DNA of 64,000 nt, from NCBI GenBank assembly GCA_009859145.1, contig VRVR01000037.1, positions 14,892-78,891 of the forward strand. Reading direction: 5' to 3'. Source of the stretch: Andalucia godoyi And28. Its lineage: Eukaryota; Protista; Jakobida. Made by a program: the position numbers and the translations under genes. This document shows, one piece after another, positions 55,282-64,000 of the stretch (positions within the stretch are counted from its first letter, which is position 1; every line of letters starts with the position of its first letter). The notes beneath the pieces were generated by a model. It had not been told where the DNA came from. It saw nothing but the letters and a program-made list of their open reading frames with translations, and ran no database searches.

Positions 55282-57075
55282 ATGTACTTGATACCGCGGC
55301 GAATCCACCGCGTACTCCGTGAATTGCATCGGCCTGCGTGTCGATTTTGCCCCAACTATTCTATTGGGGACTTGTGTTTTCTGGTGTTCTTTCTGGTAAT
55401 CGAGGTTGTCATTTGCATTAATCCAATCGTGAATGCTGCGCGGGGGGACAGTTTGTCGGAAATTGGGAGATCGATGGGATCTCCCGTGCAGTGGAACATG
55501 GCAGGCTTGCTGATTCCGCTGACGAAGAGAGTTTCGCCAATGCTTGTCCTTCTGAACGTCCCTTTTGAAAGGGGTGTTCGGTTTCATCGGTGGGTCGCCT
55601 ACGCTGCCATCATTACCACGATCCTCCATTTTTTCTTCCTGGTGTTCGACAACGACATGGCTGAGTTTTCGAATGTGGCTGGTCTCATCGCTATGGGGTC
55701 CTTCCTGCTCATTTTTTTAACGTCACTTGAGATCGTGAGGCGCACGTTGTACGAGTTGTTTTTCAGGGTACACGTGTCCTTTGCACTGCTGGCTTATATT
55801 TTTGCCATGATCCATCAGAGCGCCGGTGGCTTGATTGCTCGATGTGCGGCCCCGGCTGTGCTCTATCTTGGTGATCTGGCACTCAGAATGTTTATCACTG
55901 TTCGACGTCGGGGCGTCCTGCTGCACTGCACGACAATCTGTCCAGACATGCAAAAGGTAGTGCATTGGGAAGTCCTTGTAGAAAGGGGCAAGGGCGTGTT
56001 TGTGGAGGCCGGTCAGTATGCGTATTTGTATGTGCCGTCGCTGGCCTGGGCTCAGATGCATCCGTTTTCCGTCGCATATGCTCGGCAGTTGACACGAGAT
56101 GATGAGACCGTGGACGAGGACCTCAAAAAATATCTTGCCTCGATGCCTCCAGAGGATAAATCGCAGTGCGTGGTGCTCGGCTTCTTCGTGCGCGAACTTG
56201 GAAACTATACGCTCAAGTTCCCGGAGGTGCAGTCCCTGAGCAAGAGCAAGCATCCTCGGGTGTGGGTGGACGGGCCCTTCGGATCGTGTGCATTAGACTT
56301 GTCTCAGTACAAGACGTTCGTCATGATTGCTGGTGGAATAGGCATCACGTCCATTATCAGTTTCTGGAATTCTGTGGTACTTGCTGATAATCCGCGATCG
56401 TACTCGGTCTACAATGCAAAATTCCATCCAGAAGCAGAGGTTATTCCACAGGACGATCTTTCCACCGCCCCGTCCCTTCTGAAACCGATGGACACCGCAT
56501 CGCACTCAACAGATCCACCAAACCTCGTCCATCCTCCAGCTTCGGCACCTCCAAAAACGCTGGCTGCAACCGCCACCCCAAGTGCAGCTCCCTCTGCTTC
56601 TCGAGCAGCGAGTGGCCGTCGCCCCCGCAACATTTCAGTATCCTTGCATTGGACACTGCGTGGTTGCGACATTGGGCTTGCGACAGCGGTGCTGGAAAGA
56701 CTCCTCATCGCGCCGCAGACTGGAACATTAGGCCCGGTTCTCAGAATCCATATTCATGTCACACAGCCCAGACAAGCGCCAGAAGAAGCGCTGAAGGAGC
56801 TCAACATTCTGATTGCAAGGTTTCCAGCCGTAATGGTGACGCTGTGCTTGCAAGGTCACCGAATTGCACCCGACATTGTTCTTTCAACGGCCGTCAAGGA
56901 ATGCTCCGCGTGTCCTCCGGATCTTGAGAGGACTCTGAGAGTCGGGGTTCTTGCTTGCGGACCGACAGGGTTGCTAACAGATGTCCGAGCTGCCGGCTGC
57001 GTCCTGACGAACAAGCCAATTCCACCATACGACAAGGTGGTATTCGATGTCCACACGGAATCGTTCGCTCTCTAA
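55282..57075 (+). CDS. Ferric reductase / NADPH-oxidase-superfamily flavocytochrome
   Basis: Heme-ligand His pairs (FHRW...ILH, RVH...MIH), HPFS, GPFG, IAGGIGIT, CGPTGL and terminal HTESF. Confidence 0.92.
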   Translation: MYLIPRRIHRVLRELHRPACRFCPNYSIGDLCFLVFFLVIEVVICINPIVNAARGDSLSEIGRSMGSPVQWNMAGLLIPLTKRVSPMLVLLNVPFERGVRFHRWVAYAAIITTILHFFFLVFDNDMAEFSNVAGLIAMGSFLLIFLTSLEIVRRTLYELFFRVHVSFALLAYIFAMIHQSAGGLIARCAAPAVLYLGDLALRMFITVRRRGVLLHCTTICPDMQKVVHWEVLVERGKGVFVEAGQYAYLYVPSLAWAQMHPFSVAYARQLTRDDETVDEDLKKYLASMPPEDKSQCVVLGFFVRELGNYTLKFPEVQSLSKSKHPRVWVDGPFGSCALDLSQYKTFVMIAGGIGITSIISFWNSVVLADNPRSYSVYNAKFHPEAEVIPQDDLSTAPSLLKPMDTASHSTDPPNLVHPPASAPPKTLAATATPSAAPSASRAASGRRPRNISVSLHWTLRGCDIGLATAVLERLLIAPQTGTLGPVLRIHIHVTQPRQAPEEALKELNILIARFPAVMVTLCLQGHRIAPDIVLSTAVKECSACPPDLERTLRVGVLACGPTGLLTDVRAAGCVLTNKPIPPYDKVVFDVHTESFAL

Positions 57076-57358
57076 CTTACAATCTTCGTCGAGCGCTCAC
57101 CTCCGTGTAAATGTACACTCCTATTCTTGCCATTCATCATGGTTATACATTTCTTCATTTCTCGTTTTTTTTTCTCGTCTTCCATTCAAACCTTTTCACA
57201 CCAAATATGTGTACTGCAGCAGCCCACGGAAGCTCAGAAGCATATTGTGCATGCACACACACACACACACACTCACAGCAAATACACACACAGAGCAAAT
57301 GCACTCAGAAACAGCACCTGCTGTATACGAAGACAACCCGTCAGCTGTAACACGCACG

Positions 57359-57983
57359 CCTGCAGTGTACACTAACCACGGATAATCGTCGCTGATCACC
57401 CATAATCCATGTGGCAACCCAACAACATGCATAGCATGATTGGGAAGGGGGTAGGCCCCAACACGCCCCTCAACGGCCGCACGTTCCAGACGTGTACTTC
57501 TCCGTCACTATCGACACATGTCGGCCGTCAGGATGCGCACCTTTTCAAAGATACGCTGCCGCGCGCGTTTCATTGAGTAGCGCTGCCCTGCGGGGCGCAT
57601 CATCACGCATCGTCGTATGGCACCTCTGCTAGCCATGGATGTTGCTGCATAGTCTCAGAAGCACTGTTGTAGATCCAGCGCGCTGCGCCGAGCCACCTTC
57701 GCAGAGCTGATCTCTGGCTCGTCGACGGGTGCATCTTCACTTTCACTGCTCTCGCCGCTGGCTCTTTTGTGCGTCTGTTTTCGGCGCTGCGCTGTCCGTT
57801 GCGGCGGGCAACGAAGCAGGTGGTGATGGCGTGTTCGACGTCTGCGAGGCAGTACATGCGATGGGAGCCGGCGTGGATGCTGCGGATCTTTCCGGCGGCG
57901 GTGGAGATGTCATGGGTCTTGCGCATCGTTGCATGGACAATAAGAATAAAGAAATGAAATGAGCGTCGCTGTGCGAGAATGCA
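57359..57983 (-). mobile_element. Multiply deleted IS607 tnpA-Fanzor2 relic, subfamily B, copy B2 (left end approximate)
   Basis: Ordered fragments: GKIRSIHAGSHRMYCLADVE (57893-57834, IS607 TnpA MerR-like HTH), RAVKVKMHPSTSQRSALRRWLGAARWIYNSA (57752-57660), HPWLAEVPYD/MRDDA (57641-57596), QRYSMKRARQRIFEKVRILTADM (57585-57511), IVTEKYTSGTCGR (57511-57473), then GTTGGGGCCTACCCCC and the right end shared with 1-80. Confidence 0.88.
57603..57926 (-). pseudogene. Chimeric TnpA-HTH/Fanzor N-terminus mini-ORF (107 aa) inside B2
   Basis: In-frame from ATG 57926 to TGA; lacks all RuvC motifs and the serine-recombinase catalytic domain. Confidence 0.7.
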
Positions 57984-58483
57984 ACGCGGCTGCGCATGTA
58001 TAGAGATTTCATGATCAAAATGGGGGCGAAACGAATCGGGCATCGTGTGACGGAGTTGCTTAAGATAGCAAACGCATGCGCATGGCGCGCGGCAGTGTTT
58101 TTGGTTTGCGTGCGCTTTTTAGATTGCTTCATCATATCGCAATAAGTGGCAGCTGTAGGTTTTCTTTTCTCGAGTACGAGTCCGAGTCCCAGTCCGCCAA
58201 AGTCTCCGCATATTCCCTTTCCTCTTTTTTAATGAGCTCATTTTTGGTTTCTCCGATGTCGTTTTATTTTTTGTTTTGGTCTAATTAAGGTTCGCCGTCG
58301 TCGTCTTCTTTTCTTCTTCTTATACTGTGTGCTCAGTTTTGCATATTTTCTGTTGTGCCCATTCCCGTCTATCCTTGCAGGTTTTGCTCTCCCACGAAAT
58401 CCGTCAAACCACGCAAACACACACCCCTTTTTTCATTGCATACTGCCGCCCTGTCATCAGTTTTGTTATAGTTCTTGTAGTAC

Positions 58484-61400
58484 ATGGGATTCAGGCATTT
58501 TTTCCGTCGGGCATCCAGGGCGAATGCGGCTCCTGGGTCACCATCGCAGCTGTCTCTTCCTGTAGGGGTCATTTCTGGAGGCGGCACAATCCCGTATGCA
58601 GACCTTCCGGTGTTGAGTGCCATGGATATTCCTCCTCCTTCCGATCCAGAAGGAGAAAATCTGCACAGACTATGGAGCAAATTTGAAGAGCTCTCAGAAG
58701 TCGAAGAGGTGACGTCGGAGTGGACGGACGTCTTTGATGAGATTGCGGACATCTTTTTGAAAAGGTACGAAAATTGGCGACCGTTTTCAAAATCGGGGTT
58801 CCGTGTGGTGGAGGATACGTCTCCGAATTCATGGGCTCCCGTTTCAAGCCCTTCCATGGTAAAGTCGGTGGACGGCGTTGTCGAGCTCGGGCATCCACAG
58901 TCATGGATCACTGCGTTGGTCCCTGTGCTGAAGGATGGCACGCGAAAGCTTGAAGAATGGATGAAGTCTGGCGCTCCAGCCAGTGAATTCCAGTATGCCA
59001 TCGATCGGCTGGTGAAAGTGCTAAAAATTGGCGAGATCTTGTCCAGGTCGCCGTACAACACGAATCCAATGGCTACATACAAGTTCTTCACAGCTGTTCG
59101 GAATGTGTTCATTATTTTCGGTGATGACATGAGCACATCGACAGCTGCTCCAAGATGCTGTGATCTGGGCCATTTCTTCCCGCTCATGCTGCGAGATTCT
59201 CTGGAAATTATGGATAATGCATTCAACCATCTGAATGCGATTCCAACGAACCAGCTCAGCGCTGCGTCGTCCCCTTCTTCGTCTACGTTCCCTGTCATCG
59301 CGTATGTCCGGGATATTGGCATTACAGATGCGATTCTGCGGCTCTTGAGACTCTCTGTTCCTGTTTTCGCAAAGTTCCCGTCGTCCTTGGATTTGATTGC
59401 AGGAATCGGCCTTGGATTCCGATTTTCTGATATTGTGTTCTCATTCTCTGTCAGAAACTCACCACTTGACAATCAGTGGTCTGTGAATTTTATGAAGAGT
59501 GCAACGGTTTCCTTCTCCGAGCCGTCCGAAGAGTGGACGAAGCGCGCAGTCGAATTGCTCAAAAATGGCGATGATGCAAGTATAGTGATTTGCTCCGCAT
59601 ATTCAGAACTCTTGCTGGACTTTGCGAGCATGATCGTCAATTCCGCAAAGTATAGAATATGCAATTCTTATTCCGAGTTTCATGCGGGCGTGATAGCAAC
59701 GTTGGCATCTGTGTTGTGCGCAATAGTTTCCATGTCTCCGCAGTTTTCACGAGAGAATCTTGACTCGGAATCGTGTACTTCCACGTGTCGAAAATATTTG
59801 TCTCGTTTCGTGGAAGAAGACAGCCGTCTGTGTTCCCCACAGAAATTGACTGTCCTGGATGTCCGCAACGATCAGTTTATTTCTGCTCCACTTCTGGACG
59901 ATCTTCTTGCATGCGACACTATTCGGTCTTTTTTCGGAAAATTGATTGATCTGGCTGGAACGTATCCCGAATTGCTCTTCAACAAGGATGCACAATTGCC
60001 GTCATTTCTGTCATGGGTACGATCTGTTTTTGAGAACAATGGCCAATTCGCGTGCCGTGCTCTGCCGCAGTTTACGGATATTGTACGTTCTGATTTCCCG
60101 ATCTTTCAGCTGTACTTTGTTGATTTCCTTTCAAAACTTGTATCTTCCGATGTTAAGAACTTGAGTCCCTTGGAAGGGGCTGGGGTGTTTCAGTTGGTGC
60201 TTCTGGACAGTTTCTGCCTCTGTTACGGCGATTGCCGCAAACCTCTCATCCAGTCTGCCCAGCGTTCCTGGATCCAGATGCTCGGGTATTTTGCTACTGT
60301 TCCGGGGAAATCCAACGCAGAAGTCCTCCGAACGCTGATGCAGCTTCTGTCGAGACAAAATCTCCATCCGATGCTTCGCAAGAATGCGTCCATTGGACTG
60401 TTGCAAATATTTTTGGCGCGATGTTCGTTTTCCACGGAATGCCTTCTCAATGTGGATTCGTGGAAGAGGTTGTTTTTGTTTGCAGTCGCGTCGGGCCAAG
60501 AGCTATCGACGGATGCAAGAAATTTATCTTCCGATTCAGGAGTTCTCGATGGGTTACATGCGGAAGTTGCCATCCGGAAGTTGACTGATATTATCATGTT
60601 TTCAGACCAAACAAAGACGCAGTTGATTGCGGATCCTCCTATGATTGACCAACTCTTTGCGTTTCTTCGAACGCCTGCTTTGAGAAAGTTTGCGGCGCGA
60701 CACATTTCTGTTCTGATGACCGCTGATGCGATCGACGAAGATTTGCACATCAGTTTGTTCCGTCGTTTCTTGGAGACATTTCCTCCATTGCAGTCTGCGC
60801 CCACATGGGAAAACATGCAACTGTTGGACGACCTACTGGTCGTTCTTCGCGAGGTGCTTGGCAAGGATTCAAAGAAGAAATTGCAAAAGCTGTTCCAAAA
60901 GGCAGAAGCTTTTGTGAAGTTGGTGAACATGTTGAATGTTCCCGATGAGATGTTTTCAAGCGTAACAAACTTTTCATCGTCTGATTTGTGTATCAACATT
61001 CTGGAAACGCTGCGGTATTTGCTTAGTGAGAACCCAAAGAACCAACGGATCTTCAAACAAGATCTTGGATACGATCGACTCGCCGAACTCATCCGACGAT
61101 GTCTGCATGACTCGCGTCCTGAATTGAGAGTGTTCGACACACTGTTCCGTCTGTTGTTGGATGTGGAAGAGACTATCTCTTGTCAAACGAGCCGGCCTAT
61201 TCAAAACGAAGGAATGATGAATGTGATTTTTAATCTGTTGCGGGATGCCTCAGACGACGTCGTCGCGACTGTTCTGAAGCGGTCCGTCGCGATTGTCGCG
61301 TTGTCGACGAACAATCGAGCGCGATGTGCGGATTCAAAGGTGATGATGGAAATGATCTCTCTCTTGGATCATGTTCGTGGACCATCCGTGGACGACGTAT

Positions 61401-64000
61401 TTCGTCTCATTGAACTGATCGGCCAACACAGCGTGAGTGTTACGGAATTGAAAGCACTTTTCCATTATATGAAGATGATTTGCGTAGACAAGAGCCAAAC
61501 GGAGATGCTCAACAAGGCTTTGCATGTTGTGGAAAACATGACACGGAAAGACGGACCAAATGCGTTCTTCGACTTTGACGGGATGGCATCTGGTTTGGAG
61601 CTGTCTCCGCTAGTGAAATTTCCCTCTTCAAAAGGTTACTCCATTGCAGCATGGTTTCGAATCGAATCATTTGAAGATCCGACAGACATGCCGAAATATC
61701 AACCGCGGCTGTTCAGTTTCTTTTCTGCATCCGCTGCGCCGCCTACCATCGGCCCCGCCGCCAATGCTTCGAGTAGTGTTGCATCCCCGACAGGCAACGC
61801 ACCTGCAAGCCCGTCTTCGGATTTCGGTGACGAGAAGAAGAAGGATGCAACTTCAGACATCACGGGCATAGAAGCGTTGTTCGACTCTTCCTTTTTGATT
61901 GTCCGTAACTTCTCCGGCGGCCGCATGATTTCTGAAAAGATCTTCAAATATCCGTTTTTGGAAAAACAATGGTACTTTGTTGTTATTTCTCATTCCATCA
62001 GCAAAGGGCTGTCCTTTTCCAAATCCGAGATCAAACTTTATGTTAACGGTCGGATGGAGGAGCGATTTCCTTTGAAGTTTCCGAAAGTTTCAAGAGAGTT
62101 TTCGCAATGTCGCATTGCCTGCAATTCATTGGTGGATTCCATGAAGTTGTACAGGGAAAATCCTCTATGGGGACAAATGGGAAATATTTACTTGTTTGAT
62201 GATGTGATTTCCAGTGGCCAAGTTTCTGTGATGTATGAGCTGGGACCGAATGTTTTGACAACATTTCACCCTGCTGAGATCCCCATGGTTACGGACACTG
62301 AGCAGAAACAATCTGTGACGTTTGATGGAAGCTTGTCTTCGAAGTTGTATCTTAGTTACAATGCGAAAGCTTGTGAGCAATGGAAGTATGCGTTTGATTG
62401 TTCGGGAAAGCCCGACAAGAATGATGCGCGTATCCGAAGGGGGACTCAGCGATGCGTAACGCATAGCGTGAGAGATCTGATCGGATGTTTGGGTGGCATT
62501 CAGGTGTTGCTACCTTTCTTTTTATTCTTGAATACGCATCATATTGATCGAGGAACGGAAGGGCTAATCGTATCACGCTTGTTGTCGCTTGTCATTGAAT
62601 TGGTTCGGGACCATCGCGACAATCAGGAAGATCTTGAGCGATGCCATGGATTGGCTGTAATTGGGTACCTGCTGAAGAAAACGAATCCTGTCCATTTGAC
62701 AATTGATATTCTTCGGCGACTGAAAGATGCCATTACCTGCTTCGAGCGCAACGATTCGCTTTATCGACGAGCGGTTTTATGCTTCTTCTTCGACACTGAT
62801 ATCTGGACCCGGGCGTCTGGCGAGATTCAGAGACAGTGGTTGGAAACGTGCTTTGAATATGTTGCAAAGGATGCTTCCGATACGAGTTTCACGGGCCATT
62901 TCTTACGCCGAGATTTTGGAGTTCAAGGATACCTGGACTTGATTCGAAACCATTACACTTCCGATCGGATTCTACCGGTTGTTCCGAAGAGCATGGAGCT
63001 TGGAGATGGGTTTGCGATGAGCCCAGCTCCTGTGAGTCGAACGTCTTCCACGGGCTCCGTTGCTTTTGCCTCCGTCCGATCAACGTTGCTGAACACTCGA
63101 GACATCGGTGGTCTTCGGAAGCTCGTGGTGGAAACTGTGAAGACTCTCGTTTCAGGCAGCCCGAATTCGAAAGAAGTACAGTCTTTAGTGCGATTTTTGT
63201 CCGTTTCCAAAGACCCGTCTGCTATTCAGGATGTCCTTGGTTTATTCCTTGATTTTGCCTTTCTAAACAGTCAATTTGCTTTAATGGCGCTGGCGGAAGC
63301 AAATGCAATAGACCTGCTGACATACTTGCTCGCTTCCGAGAACGCGCGAGTTCGTGTGCTGGCCTTGAAGGCGCTTTCACGGTTGTGGGAGAAGTATCCA
63401 GCGTGTGTTGCGGACCCGTTAGGGTTGTCCACGGTAATTCAAAACCTAACTCTTTACCCTCTCGAGAAGGACGGCATGCACATCCTGTTTGCTATTCTCA
63501 TCTCCGAGGTGGCACTGATGACCGAAGAAGTGGATTTCAACAAAGCGCAGTGCCGCATTATTCATCCGTCAATCCTCATTATTTTGTTCCGCTCTGCTTT
63601 CAACGCCTCCCCCAGCCTACGGATTCTCGTGATGCGCAACCTGTTGGAACTGTTTCGCCCTTCTCTTTCGCATCGAGCTCAGAATATTTCGTGTTTCGGC
63701 GATGTGCTGAATTGGCAGTGGTACATTTTCCGACTGTTGATTCGGCAAAAAGCAGAAGCGAGTGCTGATCTCTATGTGCAGCTCGAAGTGTTGATCATTG
63801 ATTTGTTCAAAGTTGTCTTCACGGAAGCACTGCTTTCGAAGAAGCATGGGTGGCGAGTTGTCGAGGATTCTATTTTGCTGTTTCATCGAGTGTTAATCGC
63901 CAATGTCCGCAAAGAAGAGTACTATGTTCTTTCCGAGTCGAATGTCCCCGATGTTGCACCGCCGCTTGTAGACCATATCGTCTTTCAACGGAGCTTGATT
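58484..64000 (+). CDS. Neurobeachin/BEACH-family-like large protein, 5' partial (runs off window)
   Basis: ATG at 58484; frame spot-checked open at ~60000, ~61620 and ~63900. FFDFDG..SGLEL, GYSIAAWFRIE and DLIGCLGGIQVLLPF match the ConA-like/DUF4704 region of NBEA/LRBA-type proteins. The BEACH domain itself is not in the window. Absent from the ORF track, presumably because no stop codon is reached. Confidence 0.75.
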   Translation, partial: MGFRHFFRRASRANAAPGSPSQLSLPVGVISGGGTIPYADLPVLSAMDIPPPSDPEGENLHRLWSKFEELSEVEEVTSEWTDVFDEIADIFLKRYENWRPFSKSGFRVVEDTSPNSWAPVSSPSMVKSVDGVVELGHPQSWITALVPVLKDGTRKLEEWMKSGAPASEFQYAIDRLVKVLKIGEILSRSPYNTNPMATYKFFTAVRNVFIIFGDDMSTSTAAPRCCDLGHFFPLMLRDSLEIMDNAFNHLNAIPTNQLSAASSPSSSTFPVIAYVRDIGITDAILRLLRLSVPVFAKFPSSLDLIAGIGLGFRFSDIVFSFSVRNSPLDNQWSVNFMKSATVSFSEPSEEWTKRAVELLKNGDDASIVICSAYSELLLDFASMIVNSAKYRICNSYSEFHAGVIATLASVLCAIVSMSPQFSRENLDSESCTSTCRKYLSRFVEEDSRLCSPQKLTVLDVRNDQFISAPLLDDLLACDTIRSFFGKLIDLAGTYPELLFNKDAQLPSFLSWVRSVFENNGQFACRALPQFTDIVRSDFPIFQLYFVDFLSKLVSSDVKNLSPLEGAGVFQLVLLDSFCLCYGDCRKPLIQSAQRSWIQMLGYFATVPGKSNAEVLRTLMQLLSRQNLHPMLRKNASIGLLQIFLARCSFSTECLLNVDSWKRLFLFAVASGQELSTDARNLSSDSGVLDGLHAEVAIRKLTDIIMFSDQTKTQLIADPPMIDQLFAFLRTPALRKFAARHISVLMTADAIDEDLHISLFRRFLETFPPLQSAPTWENMQLLDDLLVVLREVLGKDSKKKLQKLFQKAEAFVKLVNMLNVPDEMFSSVTNFSSSDLCINILETLRYLLSENPKNQRIFKQDLGYDRLAELIRRCLHDSRPELRVFDTLFRLLLDVEETISCQTSRPIQNEGMMNVIFNLLRDASDDVVATVLKRSVAIVALSTNNRARCADSKVMMEMISLLDHVRGPSVDDVFRLIELIGQHSVSVTELKALFHYMKMICVDKSQTEMLNKALHVVENMTRKDGPNAFFDFDGMASGLELSPLVKFPSSKGYSIAAWFRIESFEDPTDMPKYQPRLFSFFSASAAPPTIGPAANASSSVASPTGNAPASPSSDFGDEKKKDATSDITGIEALFDSSFLIVRNFSGGRMISEKIFKYPFLEKQWYFVVISHSISKGLSFSKSEIKLYVNGRMEERFPLKFPKVSREFSQCRIACNSLVDSMKLYRENPLWGQMGNIYLFDDVISSGQVSVMYELGPNVLTTFHPAEIPMVTDTEQKQSVTFDGSLSSKLYLSYNAKACEQWKYAFDCSGKPDKNDARIRRGTQRCVTHSVRDLIGCLGGIQVLLPFFLFLNTHHIDRGTEGLIVSRLLSLVIELVRDHRDNQEDLERCHGLAVIGYLLKKTNPVHLTIDILRRLKDAITCFERNDSLYRRAVLCFFFDTDIWTRASGEIQRQWLETCFEYVAKDASDTSFTGHFLRRDFGVQGYLDLIRNHYTSDRILPVVPKSMELGDGFAMSPAPVSRTSSTGSVAFASVRSTLLNTRDIGGLRKLVVETVKTLVSGSPNSKEVQSLVRFLSVSKDPSAIQDVLGLFLDFAFLNSQFALMALAEANAIDLLTYLLASENARVRVLALKALSRLWEKYPACVADPLGLSTVIQNLTLYPLEKDGMHILFAILISEVALMTEEVDFNKAQCRIIHPSILIILFRSAFNASPSLRILVMRNLLELFRPSLSHRAQNISCFGDVLNWQWYIFRLLIRQKAEASADLYVQLEVLIIDLFKVVFTEALLSKKHGWRVVEDSILLFHRVLIANVRKEEYYVLSESNVPDVAPPLVDHIVFQRSLI

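Noticed and set aside
58369-59472. 367-aa minus-strand ORF (also 60223-61140, 39195-40889, 21759-22706, 10680-11633)
   Set aside because: Antisense shadows of well-supported genes on the opposite strand.

Overview
Gene-dense, intron-poor eukaryotic DNA from a flagellated protist (lineage not determinable; flagellum inferred from TTC25/ODAD4). It holds about 25 protein-coding genes: two receptor-type adenylate cyclases, FPP synthase, a papain-family protease, GH30, DDX3, a half-size ABCA, CNOT9, VAMP7, a UvrD-type helicase, RsmH, a rhomboid, ARPC1, a ferric reductase and a 5'-partial BEACH-type gene that the ORF track misses. There is also one tRNA-Thr(UGU) and many microsatellites. The main result is five short intergenic elements (1-80, 12191-~12425, 19948-20339, 54436-55064, 57359-~57983) that are internally deleted relics of IS607-type Fanzor2 (eukaryotic TnpB/OMEGA) transposons, apparently from three subfamilies. 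None encodes an intact nuclease. All keep a related right end, and the A and B copies also keep a structured omega-RNA-like scaffold, each followed by a different flank (a candidate guide). Two of them bracket the ferric reductase gene in the same orientation. Function (trans-acting guides, mobilisation, cargo capture) is inference and needs genome-wide and RNA data.
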